A DNA stretch of 64,000 nucleotides, taken from IMG/VR virus record IMGVR_UViG_3300049855_000609, positions 28,564 to 92,563 of that record; one strand, written 5' to 3'. Source of the DNA: a virus. A program made the translations under genes and the position numbers. Shown here one piece after another: positions 9,404 through 23,800 of the stretch. The notes under the pieces were generated by a model, which was not told the DNA's origin, did no database searches, and saw only the letters and a list, made by a program, of their open reading frames with translations. Each line of letters opens with the position of its first letter. Positions within the stretch are counted from its first letter, which is position 1.

Positions 9404-11815
9404 ATGGGAAGATTTTATAAAACCGCGATACCTGCTGATACCATAGACTTTATGTATCAGCCTCCACTGGCCCTGGCTATGAAAGCCCAGGAATATAATG
9501 ATCAGCAGATAGAAGAGCAGTACAAACAGCAACAGCTGATGAATGAGCACCTCATTCAGATCAAAAATCTTGCCCAGGATGATGAAATAGCAAAAGCAGA
9601 AATAGAAAAGTGGCAGAAAGGAATTGAGGCTTTGGCCGGGAATCTGAATAAAGATCCCCTGAACTGGAGAAAACAGAGTCCGATAATGGATACTGTTTCC
9701 AAGCAACTGGAGTATGATCTGACAAAAGGAAAGCTGGCCAGCATACAGGCTCAGTATGATACCCGCATGAATTTTGAAAAGAAGATGGATGAGGGTGTAA
9801 AGCTGTGGATGGAAGATCCAAAACATGAAAAGGGGATTTCCCCGGAACAGAAAACCCACATGCTCAATTACTTTGATCAGCAGTACAAGCAAAAGGGGGG
9901 ATTCAAATGGGACGACACCAAAAAGACAACTCTGAATACCTATCAGACAGAAGATCCTACAGCTTACATGGACATCAATAAAGTTCTCTCTGAGGCAGTA
10001 AAAGATTATAAACCTGATGAGTGGGAAAAAACCAGGGATATTGAAACGGGAAAATGGATATACCGCAATAAAGTAAGCAATGAAAGTATTGAAGAAGAAA
10101 AGCTTTGGCTGACAGGATTGCAGTATGCTCAGTCAGATCCTGCTTTTATGGCTTATCTGAAACAAGGCAGTAAAGTAGGATATGCACCAGGGTATTTTTA
10201 TCCGGATGACTATGGAAAGGATGAAACAGATCCGGTTAAAAAAGCTGAAATGGAAAAGCTGGCCGGCACCATGATCAATCCGGTAAAAGTGGTGGAGACA
10301 GAAGTAGAGGATCCAAATGATCCTACTAAAAAGGTCAAGGTACAAAGCCTGGAACTCAACTACGAAACTCCCATGGCTAAAGCCTTATCTGCCATGTCTG
10401 ACAGGGTAGGATACACTAAGACTGTAGACGATGTTACCATACAACGGGCAAATGATTATGGCCTTGCCGGATATAACAGCAGTCTTAGAAAGTCTGAAAA
10501 ACAGTTTGAACATGATCTGAAGATGCAGGAGCAGGAAGCAGAAGCTAAAGCAAAAGCTGAATTGGAAGCACAAACAGCTGCTGGTGATACTACAGGTACA
10601 GGATTAAGTCCCAATGTTTTAAGTCCTTCGGGTTATTCTTCTTCTTTAATGATAGGAGAGAAGTCGGTTCCTTTGGACAAAGAAGAACTGGATAAGCTGG
10701 AGGAGAACCTGGCAGTTGTAAATGGTATTTTGAAAAAAAATCCAAACAACCTGAATGCCAAATTCTTACAGGCCAGGTATATAACCCTGAAAGAGAACCT
10801 TAATGTGGCAGTATCTGAACAGATGAACCCTTCAGAAAGGAACTTATTTAACATGTATCAGAAAGAAGTTCTGAATCCCGGAATCCTGAAAACCTTTGGG
10901 AAGCCTACAGATACCAAGAACTACAATCCAAAGATATGGAAGCCGGTAAACCTGGCTGTAGGAACAGTATGGGACCTTACAGATCTGGGAGAACAGTTAC
11001 AAGATGTCGCGGAAAAATATGAGGACATTAAAAAAGATGTAATAAAGAAAGAGAAAGAGAGCACCTATAACCAGAAAGTCTTTAACTTAGGGGATGATGA
11101 AGTTTCCACAAAAATGAAAACAGAGATCATGGCCCAGATAGAGACTCCGGGAGATGTTGTTTTCATCAACTCTAAAGGAAAGCAGACCACTTTGAAACTG
11201 GATGCTAAAAAATGGGGAGGAGGAGAAACTAAAGATCTCAGTCTGATCACACCTTATCTGGTTCCTCAGACCTATTCTCCCCAAGCCGGAGAGCAGGCTT
11301 ATGTATATTTGAAGTTTGATAAAAGCCTGGTACCTGATGGAACCCGTATTGAAGATGCTGATGGGAATGACCTTAAAGACGGAGAGACATTTAAAGTGGA
11401 AGTAAACAGAAAAAATCTGAATCAAAAAATGATGAGCATTTTAGGACCTGATGCTACTCCGGCACAAAAAGCTATATTTTACAGGACAGATCCTATCTTT
11501 AATAAGGCAGAGTATTTCGTTCACCAGGCTTTAGAAGAGAATCTGGGGAAAGAAGATCTTTCTGCACCAAAGGTAGCAGAAATAGTCCCAGGAGAGTTTG
11601 AGGTTTATATAAAAAATCTCAACGAACAGGGAGTTACTTATGCCATATATGATATGACAACCGGGCAGTTTACTGATGAACAGACTGAAGTTACTACAAC
11701 AGATGCCAATGGAAATATGTACAAAGCTAAGGATAAGTTCTCTGCTAAAATTACAGAGCTTTTATACAATGGTATTGAAGCCCATAAAGCTGTAGCAGCG
11801 AAAAAGAACAAGTAA
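9404..11815 (+). CDS. Virion cargo protein preceding the RNA polymerase
   Basis: 803 aa; starts MGRFY...FMYQPP; coiled-coil rich; position matches crAss-like cargo genes. Confidence 0.55.
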   Translation: MGRFYKTAIPADTIDFMYQPPLALAMKAQEYNDQQIEEQYKQQQLMNEHLIQIKNLAQDDEIAKAEIEKWQKGIEALAGNLNKDPLNWRKQSPIMDTVSKQLEYDLTKGKLASIQAQYDTRMNFEKKMDEGVKLWMEDPKHEKGISPEQKTHMLNYFDQQYKQKGGFKWDDTKKTTLNTYQTEDPTAYMDINKVLSEAVKDYKPDEWEKTRDIETGKWIYRNKVSNESIEEEKLWLTGLQYAQSDPAFMAYLKQGSKVGYAPGYFYPDDYGKDETDPVKKAEMEKLAGTMINPVKVVETEVEDPNDPTKKVKVQSLELNYETPMAKALSAMSDRVGYTKTVDDVTIQRANDYGLAGYNSSLRKSEKQFEHDLKMQEQEAEAKAKAELEAQTAAGDTTGTGLSPNVLSPSGYSSSLMIGEKSVPLDKEELDKLEENLAVVNGILKKNPNNLNAKFLQARYITLKENLNVAVSEQMNPSERNLFNMYQKEVLNPGILKTFGKPTDTKNYNPKIWKPVNLAVGTVWDLTDLGEQLQDVAEKYEDIKKDVIKKEKESTYNQKVFNLGDDEVSTKMKTEIMAQIETPGDVVFINSKGKQTTLKLDAKKWGGGETKDLSLITPYLVPQTYSPQAGEQAYVYLKFDKSLVPDGTRIEDADGNDLKDGETFKVEVNRKNLNQKMMSILGPDATPAQKAIFYRTDPIFNKAEYFVHQALEENLGKEDLSAPKVAEIVPGEFEVYIKNLNEQGVTYAIYDMTTGQFTDEQTEVTTTDANGNMYKAKDKFSAKITELLYNGIEAHKAVAAKKNK

Positions 11816-11842
11816 AAAAAGATAAGATATTAAAAATTTTAT

Positions 11843-14800
11843 ATGGCTGGTACTAAATCAGAAGTTGTAACCGAAAAAGGTCAGAAGACTGCAGTAGAGG
11901 TCATGAATGATCTGATGAAAGGGACTGCAGATACTCCAAAACCTGTAGTTAAAACAACAGAGCCTCCTGTACTAAGTGCAGTGGATGTAATGAATAAGCT
12001 GATGCGCGGAGAATCTGTAGAAGTAAAATCTCCGGCTACTTCCGGTTTTCTTTCTGCTGATGCCCCGGTATCTACGTCTTCCACAGGGCATACTCCTGAT
12101 CTCCAAAAGAAACTGGAGGAAGGAATGGATATCAGTAACGACATAGACAACTACTACATAAATAAAGCCCATGACCAGTCTTTTGTAGAGCAGTCTTTAC
12201 TGACTACGGGAAGAATGGTATCTAATTTTTTGTATGGAGCTGTATCAGCAGCAGGAAGTACTTTAGATATGATCGATACTCCTATGATGCTTACTGGGGT
12301 GATCAAAGAGTATGGTAATATCCTGGGAGATGCTGCTAAATCAGCACAAGAATGGGAAGAGGAGAAATATCCTATTTACAAAAAAGATCCAAATACAACC
12401 ATCTTATCCGGAGGGTTACTGGATCCGGGATGGTGGGGAAATATTATGGTAGGGGTATCACACTCTGCCGGTATATGGGGAGAATCTGTGGCTGCAACTT
12501 TAGGTGCTGGAGCTTTGACTGGCCCTACAGGATATCTGGCCGGCATAGGAGCTGGAATAAAAGCTATGAAATCTGCAAAAGGGTTGAGTAATATCTTGAA
12601 AGTAGCCAAGAACAGTGACCAGATCCGGAGATCAATCATGCTCTCTACTGCCCTTCGTGGTATGAATGAGCTTCAAATGGAAGGTGTGGACAGTTATCAC
12701 CAGGTATATAAAGGGATGATAGATAAAGGCATGTCCCATGAGGAAGCTGTCAAATATGCTTCTGTGGCTGCTGCTAATACTGCCAGGCTTAACTTGCCTA
12801 AGGTAGCTTTGGATCTATTGCAAGCCAAGCTCCTTTTGGTGAATCCCATGTCAGGATCCACAGAAGGACTTTTAGAAAGTTTTCTTGGCAAACTACCAAC
12901 AAAAATAGGAACTCCAACAAAGTGGATTGCAAATATGGGTGGAGAGTCTTTTGAAGAATATTACCAGGCTATAGCTCAGAATGAAAGTGTGTATAAAGCA
13001 GAGATGATGGCCGGCTTAACTCCTAAAACCACTTTGGGAGAGAGACTTAAAAAATATAACCGGGATGGTAATACCTGGGATGCTGCTTTCAGTGGCGCCG
13101 TAGGTGGCCTGGTATTAGGTAAACTGCAACAGAGTTTCCAGAAATGGGGAGAAGGTAAAGGAATCAAGGATCTTCGTTCTGAGCAAGAGAAGTTTGTACA
13201 GAATATGTCTGCCGGCATGACCCTGGAAATGGTGGAAAAAATAAGCCAGGCTGTACAGGAAGGGAAGCCGGAGAAAGCAAAAGCCCTTTTAAGAGATCTT
13301 TCAGAACATAAGGCTATCACTGCTACACATCTGGATGCCCTCACGGATAGGGATACTGCCTTCAACTCTTATATGACCTACCTGGATAAGACCATAGAGG
13401 CCGCGGAAAAAGGGGATATGGATGCTTTAGAAGGGTTGATTGTACCAGGAATGGATCTGCAGGATGTAAAGGAAAGATTTAAGGTCTACCGGGAAGATGC
13501 TCTTGCAATCAAAGAGTTATACGACAACAATACAGAAAAACATTCCCGGGAAGCAGTAGTACCTATAACCCGGCTGGAGTATGACATTAAACGCCTGGGG
13601 GAAGAGCAAAAGACTTTTCCTGCAAGACTGGCTGCTGAAAAAGCCAATATAGCCGATTATGACAGCCTTTCTACTATTGGCAAGCAACTGTATGACCTGC
13701 ATGCAGAAAGGGCAGCTAAGAGTGTAAAGGGGCTTCCTGTGGAAGATCTGACCCAAGCTATCAATACTTTAACCCAAACACTCACTCCTGAGCAAAAGGC
13801 CCAGGACCAGAAGATCCTCAATTCCATTTCCTGGAATAATGGATATACCAGAACAGTAGATGCCCAGATAGCCAATCAAAAGGCTTTGGATAACAAAAGG
13901 GAAAACCTGATCCTGTGGAAAGACAGCAAGTACCAGGAGATGTCTGTGGAGCAGAAAGATGAAAAGCTTATCCGGGATGCAAAAAGTTTGAAAGAGCTGG
14001 ATGCCATAAGAATAGCCTTGGCTACTCAAAAGAGGCTTACCCAGAATAAAAGGAATATGATAGGAGAGAAAAGGAAAAACCTTTTATTGGAAGAAAAAGA
14101 CAAGCCTGCCAGTTTAACAGCTTCTCCTACGGTGCCGGCTTTTGTAGCAAACCCAGCTACCATTACTCCTTTGGCCCCTGATGCTTTTGATACAGCTAAT
14201 ACCACGAACTCTATCCCCTCTGTTGAAGATACTACGACAACAGCTACAGCAATACCTTCTCCGTCACCGGCAAATACCTCCATGACACAACCTACTGTGG
14301 AAGAGTTAAGCGCCATATTGAACCAGGCTATTGAACAGGGAGTACAGGAAGAAGATGAAGATAGTGATGACATCTTTGATACTGATGCCATTCCTGAAAA
14401 GGAGTTCCGCGACAAAATGAAAACCCTGGTGAAAAAAAGGGTGGAGGAATTGACAGCAGAACTGGGACACAGACCAAGTTTCACGGAATTCTTCCAGGAC
14501 TTTGTAGACAAGACCTCTGAGCAAAAAGGGGATCAGCACTTTGAGGCTTTAAAAACTGCCTGGCTGGACAATGGATACCCTAAGGTCAACTTTGATGCTA
14601 TCAGGAATGCCATATCCCGGTCCAAAGTCACTTTCAGTGAGTTGTTGGGAACACTGGATCAGCAATCAGGAGAAGTAGTACAACAGCCGGCTTCTCAGGA
14701 AGCTGCCGGAGTAGAGTCTGTGTTATATGATACCAAGCTTTATCCACTTCCGGAGGGCCACAAGAACAGGTACAAGATAGACGATTTTACAAAATATAAA

Positions 14801-17800
14801 CCGGGGACTAAGTTGTCCATGGAAATGATGGAAGATCCGGGAGAAACCATCACTATCTGGGACCAGGAACAGCCACGGGAAGTATCCCTGGCTAAATGGG
14901 TAGCAGAGAGTGGGGGATCTACACAGGATTATGTGGATGATGTTCCTATTTTGGTGAAAGATGAGTCCGGTGAACCTGTTGCCACCATTCCTCAGGTATC
15001 TTTTTTTAAACGAGAATCCTGGGGAAGGGATTTACCTGAATCCATCCGGGAAGCAAAAAGACAGGATGCCATAAACAATGTCCGCAAACTTCGAACAGAG
15101 TTATATGGTGCTCCCTATAAAAAGGTCAGCATAGAGATCACAGAAAGGAATTACGGCACTATGCTTACTTTCCCCGGGAAGGAGAAAAGACAAGTAAGTA
15201 AAGCAGATCCTACAGCTCCTATAGGGGTGAAAAACTCCGGCCCCAGTTTCACTACTACAGAGGGGATCATATCCACAGACCAGATATATAATCCGGGCAA
15301 CACCCTGAAAATATCAGATGGTCACAAATATGAGTTTCGTAAAATGGGGGAGAAAAATGGTAAACCATTCTATTGGGCACAAAGGGTGCACTATGGCAAT
15401 ATCAGCCAGCAGGAAGCCCAGTCTGTTTACTATGCCTGTGCTTCTTATATCTTCCAGGATATCAGCGCGGAGCAAAACCCTAAGGCCAAGGAATTGTCTC
15501 ACAAAATAAAAGACAAAGTAAAAGCTGCAGGAGGAGATGCCGGTATGAATATCCACTGGGTATCTAACCTGGAGACTTACATTTCCCAGTTTGTGGATCT
15601 GTCTAATTTGAGTATTGCAGATGATGAGGCTCTTTTGATAGCTTTACATTCTACTGCAGATCCCAGCCTTTTTAAAACAGAAGAAGAAAAAGAACAAGCT
15701 AAAGCAAGAATAGGAAAACCTTATATCATCACCCAGCATGGAACTATTTTATTTGGAAGGCTTGGACAACAGATACAGGTAGAACAGTATGATAGCAATG
15801 GAGTGAAAAAATGGGTTACTCTTTCTTACCTGGAGAATAACATGAAACTGTTTAAGGTAAGGTCACAGGATACTGCCATACAGGTAAAGAACAAAGGCTT
15901 ATTGCTGGAAGCTTTGCAGAGACTGTTAAATGATACTACGGAAAACGGGTTTAAGCAGGGAATGACCAAAAAGGAAAACCATCTGAAATCAAAGATACCT
16001 GTTTCCCTGATATCCCGTTCTGCGAATAATGTGGTGGATGTTACTACTTATACCGGAACTGATGGTAAAAGTGATTATGCTTCTTATCTGAAGGACACCA
16101 TGTATACAGTACTGGATGCTGTCAATGTGGGAACAAAGGAAGAACCCCGGTTTGTCAGCATGGTGAATAATGAGATCAAATTCAAGGCTTTTGTTCCTGA
16201 GGAAGCCCGGTTAAAAGCTGTACAAAAAACAGAACAGGTGATTGCGGAAGAGGTAAAAACCCCTGAGGGTGTAGCAGACATGTTCACAGAGCAGTACATG
16301 AGGGACCATGGTTACTCTGAAGAAGCTATCAGAAAATTTTTAAGCGGGGATAACTTATATGATGTAGACCTGGAGAACTACAAAAGGGTGACAGATGAGA
16401 TGATGCAACGGGTCAAAAAAAGAATGACCTCCATATCTGATCTGGACTCTTCTGACCGGCAGGAGTTAATCAACTATATTTCTCGTCAGATAGAACAGCG
16501 CTTAGATGGAAAAAACAAAGAGGTGATCTCCCGGGAAGATACCATAGGAGAAGTCACCCACTCTTTTGAGAATATCATACAGCCTAAAATGGATTTCTGG
16601 AGATCGGAGGTCAAGAAGCTGAAAGAGATCCTGGCAGCTAACCCGGCTTCCACCAGACTTCAATACCTCATTGATGATATGGAGTTAAACATCCATAATG
16701 TCATGATGGTCAGAAAGCATTGGAAATCCCTGATGGAAGACGTAGAACTGGAGCTGGAAAGGAATATTAATCTGAAGATAAAGGATTTCTCCGAGGAGTC
16801 TTACTCTAAAACAGCCATGGAAAGAGATCCGAAAAGCTCTGTCAGGCTGATGGTAAAACGTTTTCTTTCCCGGATCCCAAGATATGAGAACGGATACCGG
16901 AAAATAGGCTTCCTTGGTGTAGAGTCTTATCCCGGATTTGACTATTACTTTGATCTCTTGGGAGAAGTGCTTAGTCCTCAGGCTGCAGAACAAGAAGGCA
17001 AAGCTACCAATATCAGTGTCCGGGCAGAGTGGGATGATATTATTGCGCGGTTAAAACAGAACCAGGAGAGGTATCCCTGGATAAAATATCTGTTGGAACA
17101 GCTGGAAACAGCTCCCCAGCAGTTGAAAATACAGTTTACTGTGGGCCTTGCCGGTAAACACAATATCCACCCGGAGTTTGTAATGATCAGCAAACACGGA
17201 ACTGGAGTGTATCTCAGAAGCTGGGAAACCAACTACTCAGATAAGGTAAAGGTAATACGCCGGCAGTGGGAAAGCAACTCCAAAGACATTGATCTGTTCA
17301 CCTATTCTGATGGAGAATACCGTATTAACATTGACCATGCCAAATATCTTTTGGGTCAATACCAGATGTTCCTGAAAAGAGGACTTCATAAACTGAAAGA
17401 AGCTCAGGAGTGGCTGTCAGAGTTTGGTATAAACCTGTCCATGGATGCCATGGAATTCCTTAAAACAGATGGGTACACTTTATTTGATGGGAGTACCCGG
17501 ATGAGGATCAAGGACCTGTTCCCGCAAGCAGAAACAGAAAAGAATAAAACAGCTTTTTCCGAGACAAACAATATCTTTAAAAAGCTGGCCTCTGTGCTTA
17601 CCCTGGCTATAGCAGCTAATGAAGCTAATCCGACAAGGGCACTTTCCATAAGAGAAAGAAAGGACCTGGACCCTTTTGCCGCGGCACATGGCCTCATAGG
17701 AAGGCTGGCTTCTGTAGAAGCAAGGTTTTCCCTGGTAGTATCACCAAATGCTTACAGGGACTCTGGAAAGAATATTTATGCCATTACCCAGAACAAACTG

Positions 17801-20800
17801 GCTTGTCAGCAGGTAGAAGATCTTATCCGTAATGATGAAAGTGGAAAGGCACTGATAGACAGTAAACTGGAGCAGGTATTTGATGGAAAATCCATGATCC
17901 TGAAGCTGATGAAGGAGTCTCCGGAATTTGCTAAAAGCTTCCAGATAAGCCACATCAGCCTGGAGGCCCTGAAAGAAGAAAGACGGGATTCTCCTTTTAA
18001 CATGGAAGTCACCCGGTTATCAGATGCAGATAAGCACATGATGACTATGGGCTTCATGCAAAGCACTACCCAGGGTTCTATTATGGTCTCCGATGAGATG
18101 AAGAAGATCTTCATGGGTATCCCTGTAAGAATGGCCAGGATGCTTCTTCCTACTATGTCAGACAAAGAACTGATGCTGGAGGTGCTTACTGCTATTTTAG
18201 CTCCTAATTCCAATAATTTCCGGGATTTAGAAGGAAATACAGGACTCAGTGATAACCTTCTTCGGCTAATGTACTCCCAAATGGTAGAGCCGGAGCTGGA
18301 TAGGATCATAGACTATCATATCCGCAAGGCCAGGGGAGAACAGTTCAATCAAAAAGACTACGATAAAGCTGCCCAGATATTTCATTTTATCCCGGAAATG
18401 AATAATGTTACCCGGATGGTACATGGGCAAGAGGTCAGGGTGATAGAATATTTGCAGGCCAATGCACACAATATGACTGCAGAGGAGATAGCAAGGGAAA
18501 AACAGAGATTGCAAATAGCCTCTTACAGGAAGATGGAAGATGTAGTTACTGATGAGGTGACCAATGTAGTGCACAACTGGTTCAAATGGGGCTTTGCCGT
18601 ACAGGAGAAAAATGGATCTGTTTCTTTCCCTTATATGGACAAGAACTATGTGAATGATGCCGGGTGGAAAGGTACCTCAGAGGAGAAGCTGATGCACTTT
18701 GCCTATGACTATGTGGTAAATAACATGCTGACCAATGCCAACCACTTCATGATGTTTGCCGGTGATGTAGCCAATTTTGGAAAGGCAAATGCCTTTAGCA
18801 CCAAAGATTTCGAAGACGGGAATCCCACCAGGCCCTTAGGTGATGGCTCTGTTTACAGGATGAACAGTGAGAATATTATTGGCAGAAACGTAGGAAAAAG
18901 GTTGGCCATGCTGATTGCCCCCGGGGATCCCCTGTTCAACAGTGAAAATGACAATTACATACAACTGTTCCTGGAGGATGCTAAAGTAGTGGCCCCTAAT
19001 GCAGAGTACATGATCGATCTGCACTATGAAGGTAAAAGGACAGATAAAGTAAACGAGCTTTTATACCAGGCCAGAAATGAAGATGACAAGAAAAAAAGTG
19101 CCGTGGAAACCTTGTCAAAAATGTTTCCGGACATAGCCAGTTTTTTCAGCATAGAAAATACAGACAGCCAGGAAATGATGACTGCCGGAGAAGCTTTGAA
19201 TGTGGCTTACCGGAGAGGCAATCTTTCAGAAGAAAAATATAAAGAGCTGAAAGGAAAGATAAGAAGACAAAGAGCTGCAGAAAAGGAAGGAAAACCTATA
19301 GCAAAAGCTGATTTCATTTCCCATGAGGATATCAACCTGGTATTCCAGCCACAGAAGCCGGTTTATACAGGATATAAAATGGAAAATGGCAGGACCCGGA
19401 TGGTATACATCAAAACCTCTGCTATCTCTTTACTTCCCCAGTTGACCGGCGCTGATACCCAGCTGTATGGTCTCCGTAGAAAAATGGAGGAAATAGAGGA
19501 CAGTTCAGGGAGAAATGTAAGGGCTGTTTATGTTTCCGGGGCCAAGATAGGTTCTCCACAGAAAGCCTTCTCTGTCTGGAAAGCAAATGGGGATTTTAAA
19601 GAAGATGCCATCAATGTGCAAAGTGTGGTAGACAACCTCAATAGTGGAAATCCGGACTCCGCACTTATTTTACCAAGAAAGTTTTTCCGCATACAACAAG
19701 ATATACCATTTAAATCCCACTATAAAGAAGAAGACCTGACCAAGCTGGGTACACAGATGATGAAGACCATCTTCGGTAACGGAGTTTCAAAAATAAAAGA
19801 AAAAGTCTTCAGCTATAAAGGTGAGATGCTTTCAGGAGAAGAACTCTACAAGGAGTATAATAGCCTGATCGATACCTGGATAAAAACAGAAAAGACAAAA
19901 CTTTACCGGGAACTGGGGGTAGATGAACTTACCGGAAAGCCAAAGAACATGAGAAAATTCTCTGAGAAGCTTCATTCTATGTTGTTGAAAGAGGCCCGGA
20001 AAAGAGATTATCCTTTACAGGATCAGCAGGCCCTGGGACTGGATATAAAAAGAGATGACCTTACCGGAGAAGTTTTAGATGTCCGGTTTACCATTCCTTT
20101 GTGGCTGACACCTAACTCCAACAGATATGAGTCCCTGCTAAACTCTATTGTAGGCAACAGGATGCTGAACCTGGAACTCCCCGGGGTTGGTTTGGTTACA
20201 GCTTCCAGTCAGGGGTTTAAGTGGAAAGCTACTGATGATCTTACAGATGTTCAGAATTTCTCCGACATCATCTGGAGGAAAACCCGGTTCAATGGAGAAT
20301 TGAGGGCCTTTGATACTGATGCCGGCACTAAGGCACAGATACTGGTACCTTCTAAATTTCGTGGCAGAGATGGTAAGCTGATAGATCTTCTGGATCCAAA
20401 AAACGGATACTTTTATGAGGAAGGAGGAAGGAAATTTCTAAATGAAGACCGGATAAAGGCAGAGCTGCTGGAGTCTACCTCTTTCCGTATCCCTACTTCA
20501 GGACATGTGTCTATTGCTTCTGTAGAGATAGTCGGATTTCTGCCTCCACAGAATGGGGATATTATGGTGGTGCCTCCTAACTTTCTTCCTCAAAAGGGAC
20601 TTGACTTTGACGTAGATAAGGAATACCTGTACAACTTATGGCATGCCCTGGATGAAGAGGACAATATTGTTTCCCTGGAAGACGGTATAAAGATGACCTA
20701 CCAGGAAATAGAAATGCTGGAAAAGAACATCAATGATCAGATAGAATCCATGCGGGACTATTACAAGGACAACCAGGAAATGCTCAATGAGATAGATGAA

Positions 20801-23800
20801 TTGAAAACAGATCTGGAAGTCAGGAAGACCCTAAGCTTTGATGGAAAAGAGTCCAAGAAAGCTGTCCGGGAAATACACACCAAGATAAAAGAGCTGAAAG
20901 AAGAATTGCTTGTATTTGGCAATGAGGTATTGGATGAAAAAGTAGGTGGAAAATACTGGGAAGTAAATGATAACCTGAAAAAAGAGATCAAGAAAGCTTT
21001 GACCAAGCTGGCAGAAATGGAAGATTATAAAACCCAATTTCTGCAAAATGACCTGGTTAGAGTATACAGCTCTGTTATGTCTACAAAGGACAAAAGAGTT
21101 CAAAGAAAGATAAACAAGGTGCTGTCTATGGATTTTGTCCGTGACCAGGCTTCTTATATTGAGCAGACAGCTACCGGGAAAAAGACCCAGTTCTCTATGC
21201 TGACTCCCGGATTTCAAACAGAAAAAATGAAACAGGGAGCTGCAGGAAACGGAACCATAGGTGTGTACTCCAACTTCCTGGTAGTACACGGCCTGTCTCA
21301 GCAGACAGAAGCTCCTTTGAGGCTGATGACCAAGATATGGAATGAGGAAAAAGAGAAAATGGAAACGGTCCCTTACAGTCTTGTTATAGGAAAGTTCAAA
21401 TCTGATGGTTACCTGGGCAGAGGTCTTACCCTGGATGGTGCAAGAGATGTCTCTTCTGTTTATGAAGAAAGACAACAGACCTCATTGGATAATGAGAATG
21501 AAGGTATTCTGGGCCGGGTAGGGGTAAGTATGAGTACGATCAATGTAGACTGCATCCTGGTAGGACAAGGATATGACAGGGATACTTTTGAAATAGGGGA
21601 CCTGACAGATGTGAATGTTCAGAAAGAGATCCAGAGTAATCCTTTTGGGGTAATTGAGAAAAATGGAAAAGCTTACAGAGAGGTCAGTATTCCTTACTTG
21701 CTTTTATCTCAGCCACTGGTTAAAAAATATATTCAGGAGGTACAGGATTCAAACTCCATTACCCGGGGATATGAAAAAAATAAAAAGAGAAAGATACTGG
21801 AAAAGCTGATAGAAGAGTATGGTGGACTGGAAAACTTCGAGCTGGCAAAAGAGGATCATATCCGGAGAATGCTTACCGGTGAGAACCTGGCCAGGAACCT
21901 GGAAGGGCTTACAGATAATATGGTACAGCTTTCCGCGCTGGGGATAGTGGAGGAAATAGAAAGACTGTTCTCCAGTTCTATGACCTCTTTACAGCAAAGA
22001 TTGAATATACAGGGGAATGAGCTGGGTATTTCTAATCTGGAAGCCAGGCAGAAATACAAGAATCTCTTCAAGTTCAACAGCAACTTTCCTATCCAAAATG
22101 CTTCTAAGCTGGTAGGAGATTATCTGTCTAAAAAGAAAGCTGCCCAGTTACTTTCTACTGAAGCGGGTAAAGAGCTGATAAGAAAAAATGGATTTATCAT
22201 CCTGGAGTCTCCTGTTCCTGGAGAAAGAGAGGTGGTAATGAGGCCAACTTCATTCTCCGGTTCCCTGATGGTATATGCACCAATAGCCAACAAAGAGCTT
22301 TGGGATAATTTCTTTCCTTATAAGAGTGCTGTAGTGGAGGAGTCTGTTACTGCCCTGCTGAATATTTTCGGTGGTGTGAAAAAAGGATCAGACATCAGTG
22401 ATAAATCCATACTGGATACCACTTACCTCATCATGGAAGAGATGAAAAAATACCTCAACTCCAGTGAGGATCTGGGTACTTTCTCCGGAGATCCACAAAT
22501 GCAAAGGGCCAGGCTTACCATATCGGATGAGAATAATGTCTCTTTACCTAAATACATGCGGGAATTATTCAGCATGAACAAAGAGGGCCTCTCCGTAGAA
22601 GAATCCAAGGGCCTTGACATGGTAAAAAACAATAAGGTCACCTCCCGGCTATTCTACAATTTTGATAAGGGAGCTCCTTCTACCCTGAAATTTGATAATA
22701 ACCGCGGGGAAGACTCCAATGAGTCTTATAAATACCAGGCTATAGTGGAATTGCTGGAGAAGAATTTACCACTGCCGGCTTGGAATAAACAGCCTTATAC
22801 TACCCGGCAGCTGGGCATAGACCTGATCAGCTATGCTTACCTGGAAGGAGGAGTGCAGAAAGCTATCCAGTACATCAAATACATTTCTATACCTGTTCTG
22901 GAAGAGATCGGGTATGCTACCACTTCCCGGAAATGGCAGGAAGCCATAGTCTATGGAGATGAGCATGTCATAGAAGGTCTTTTTGGTGGCCAGGGATATT
23001 ACTCCAATCTGGCAAAGCAGGTGGTACAGCATAACCCCGGAAAGGTAAAATACCAGCTGACCAAAGAACAGATCACAAATACAAAGGATGTGGAAGGTAA
23101 ACCTTCTGTGATCCTTGGAAATACAAACAGTTTTGTTCCGGAAGAGTTTTCCTTCATTGAAGATGATATGGTAGAACCTTATGCTACCATATACAATGAG
23201 CTGGGTACTGGCCGGGATAAGCTGATGCTCTTTCAATGGGATATGGAAAACAGCCGGTATACCAGGATCCCTACTTTCAACTACTTTGGGATGAGCCAGT
23301 ATTCCATGAAGACAAACCATGTGACTCCACTGACTGAAGTCAGATGGACACCGGTGAAGCCTTCTTCAGGACAGGTGCTGCCTACAGAAGATAATACAGA
23401 TCGGTCTTCTTTATTTGAACTGGGTACCGGGGATGCTATTAAGATCCTGGATGCCATTGCTAAAGCTGATTTTGGGACCACCTCTTTTCTGGCTTCTTAT
23501 ACGGCAGGTTTTGTAGACAAGACCCTCAAAATAGATATAGTAGATGAGACTAAAGAGGGAGATACTCCTTTCAGAGCTGTCTACAATCCAAGCAGTAACA
23601 CCCTCAGGATAAGCCGTAAATTCCTCAATAACCATAAATATTCCCCGGAGGAAATAGCTTACACGATAATGGAGGAGATGCTCCACTCTGTTATGAGCAG
23701 GGAGTTGATCAAGTACTTTGATGCAAAAGGAAAACTCCTGGTCCCGGAACAGTATCTTCCTCCACATATACTCCGGTTACACCGGCTTTTACTGGAAACA

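Noticed and set aside
11888-12010. Short peptide duplication AVEVMNDLMKG / AVDVMNKLMRG at the RNAP N-terminus
   Set aside because: Real, but only two copies in a low-complexity leader; no function can be supported.
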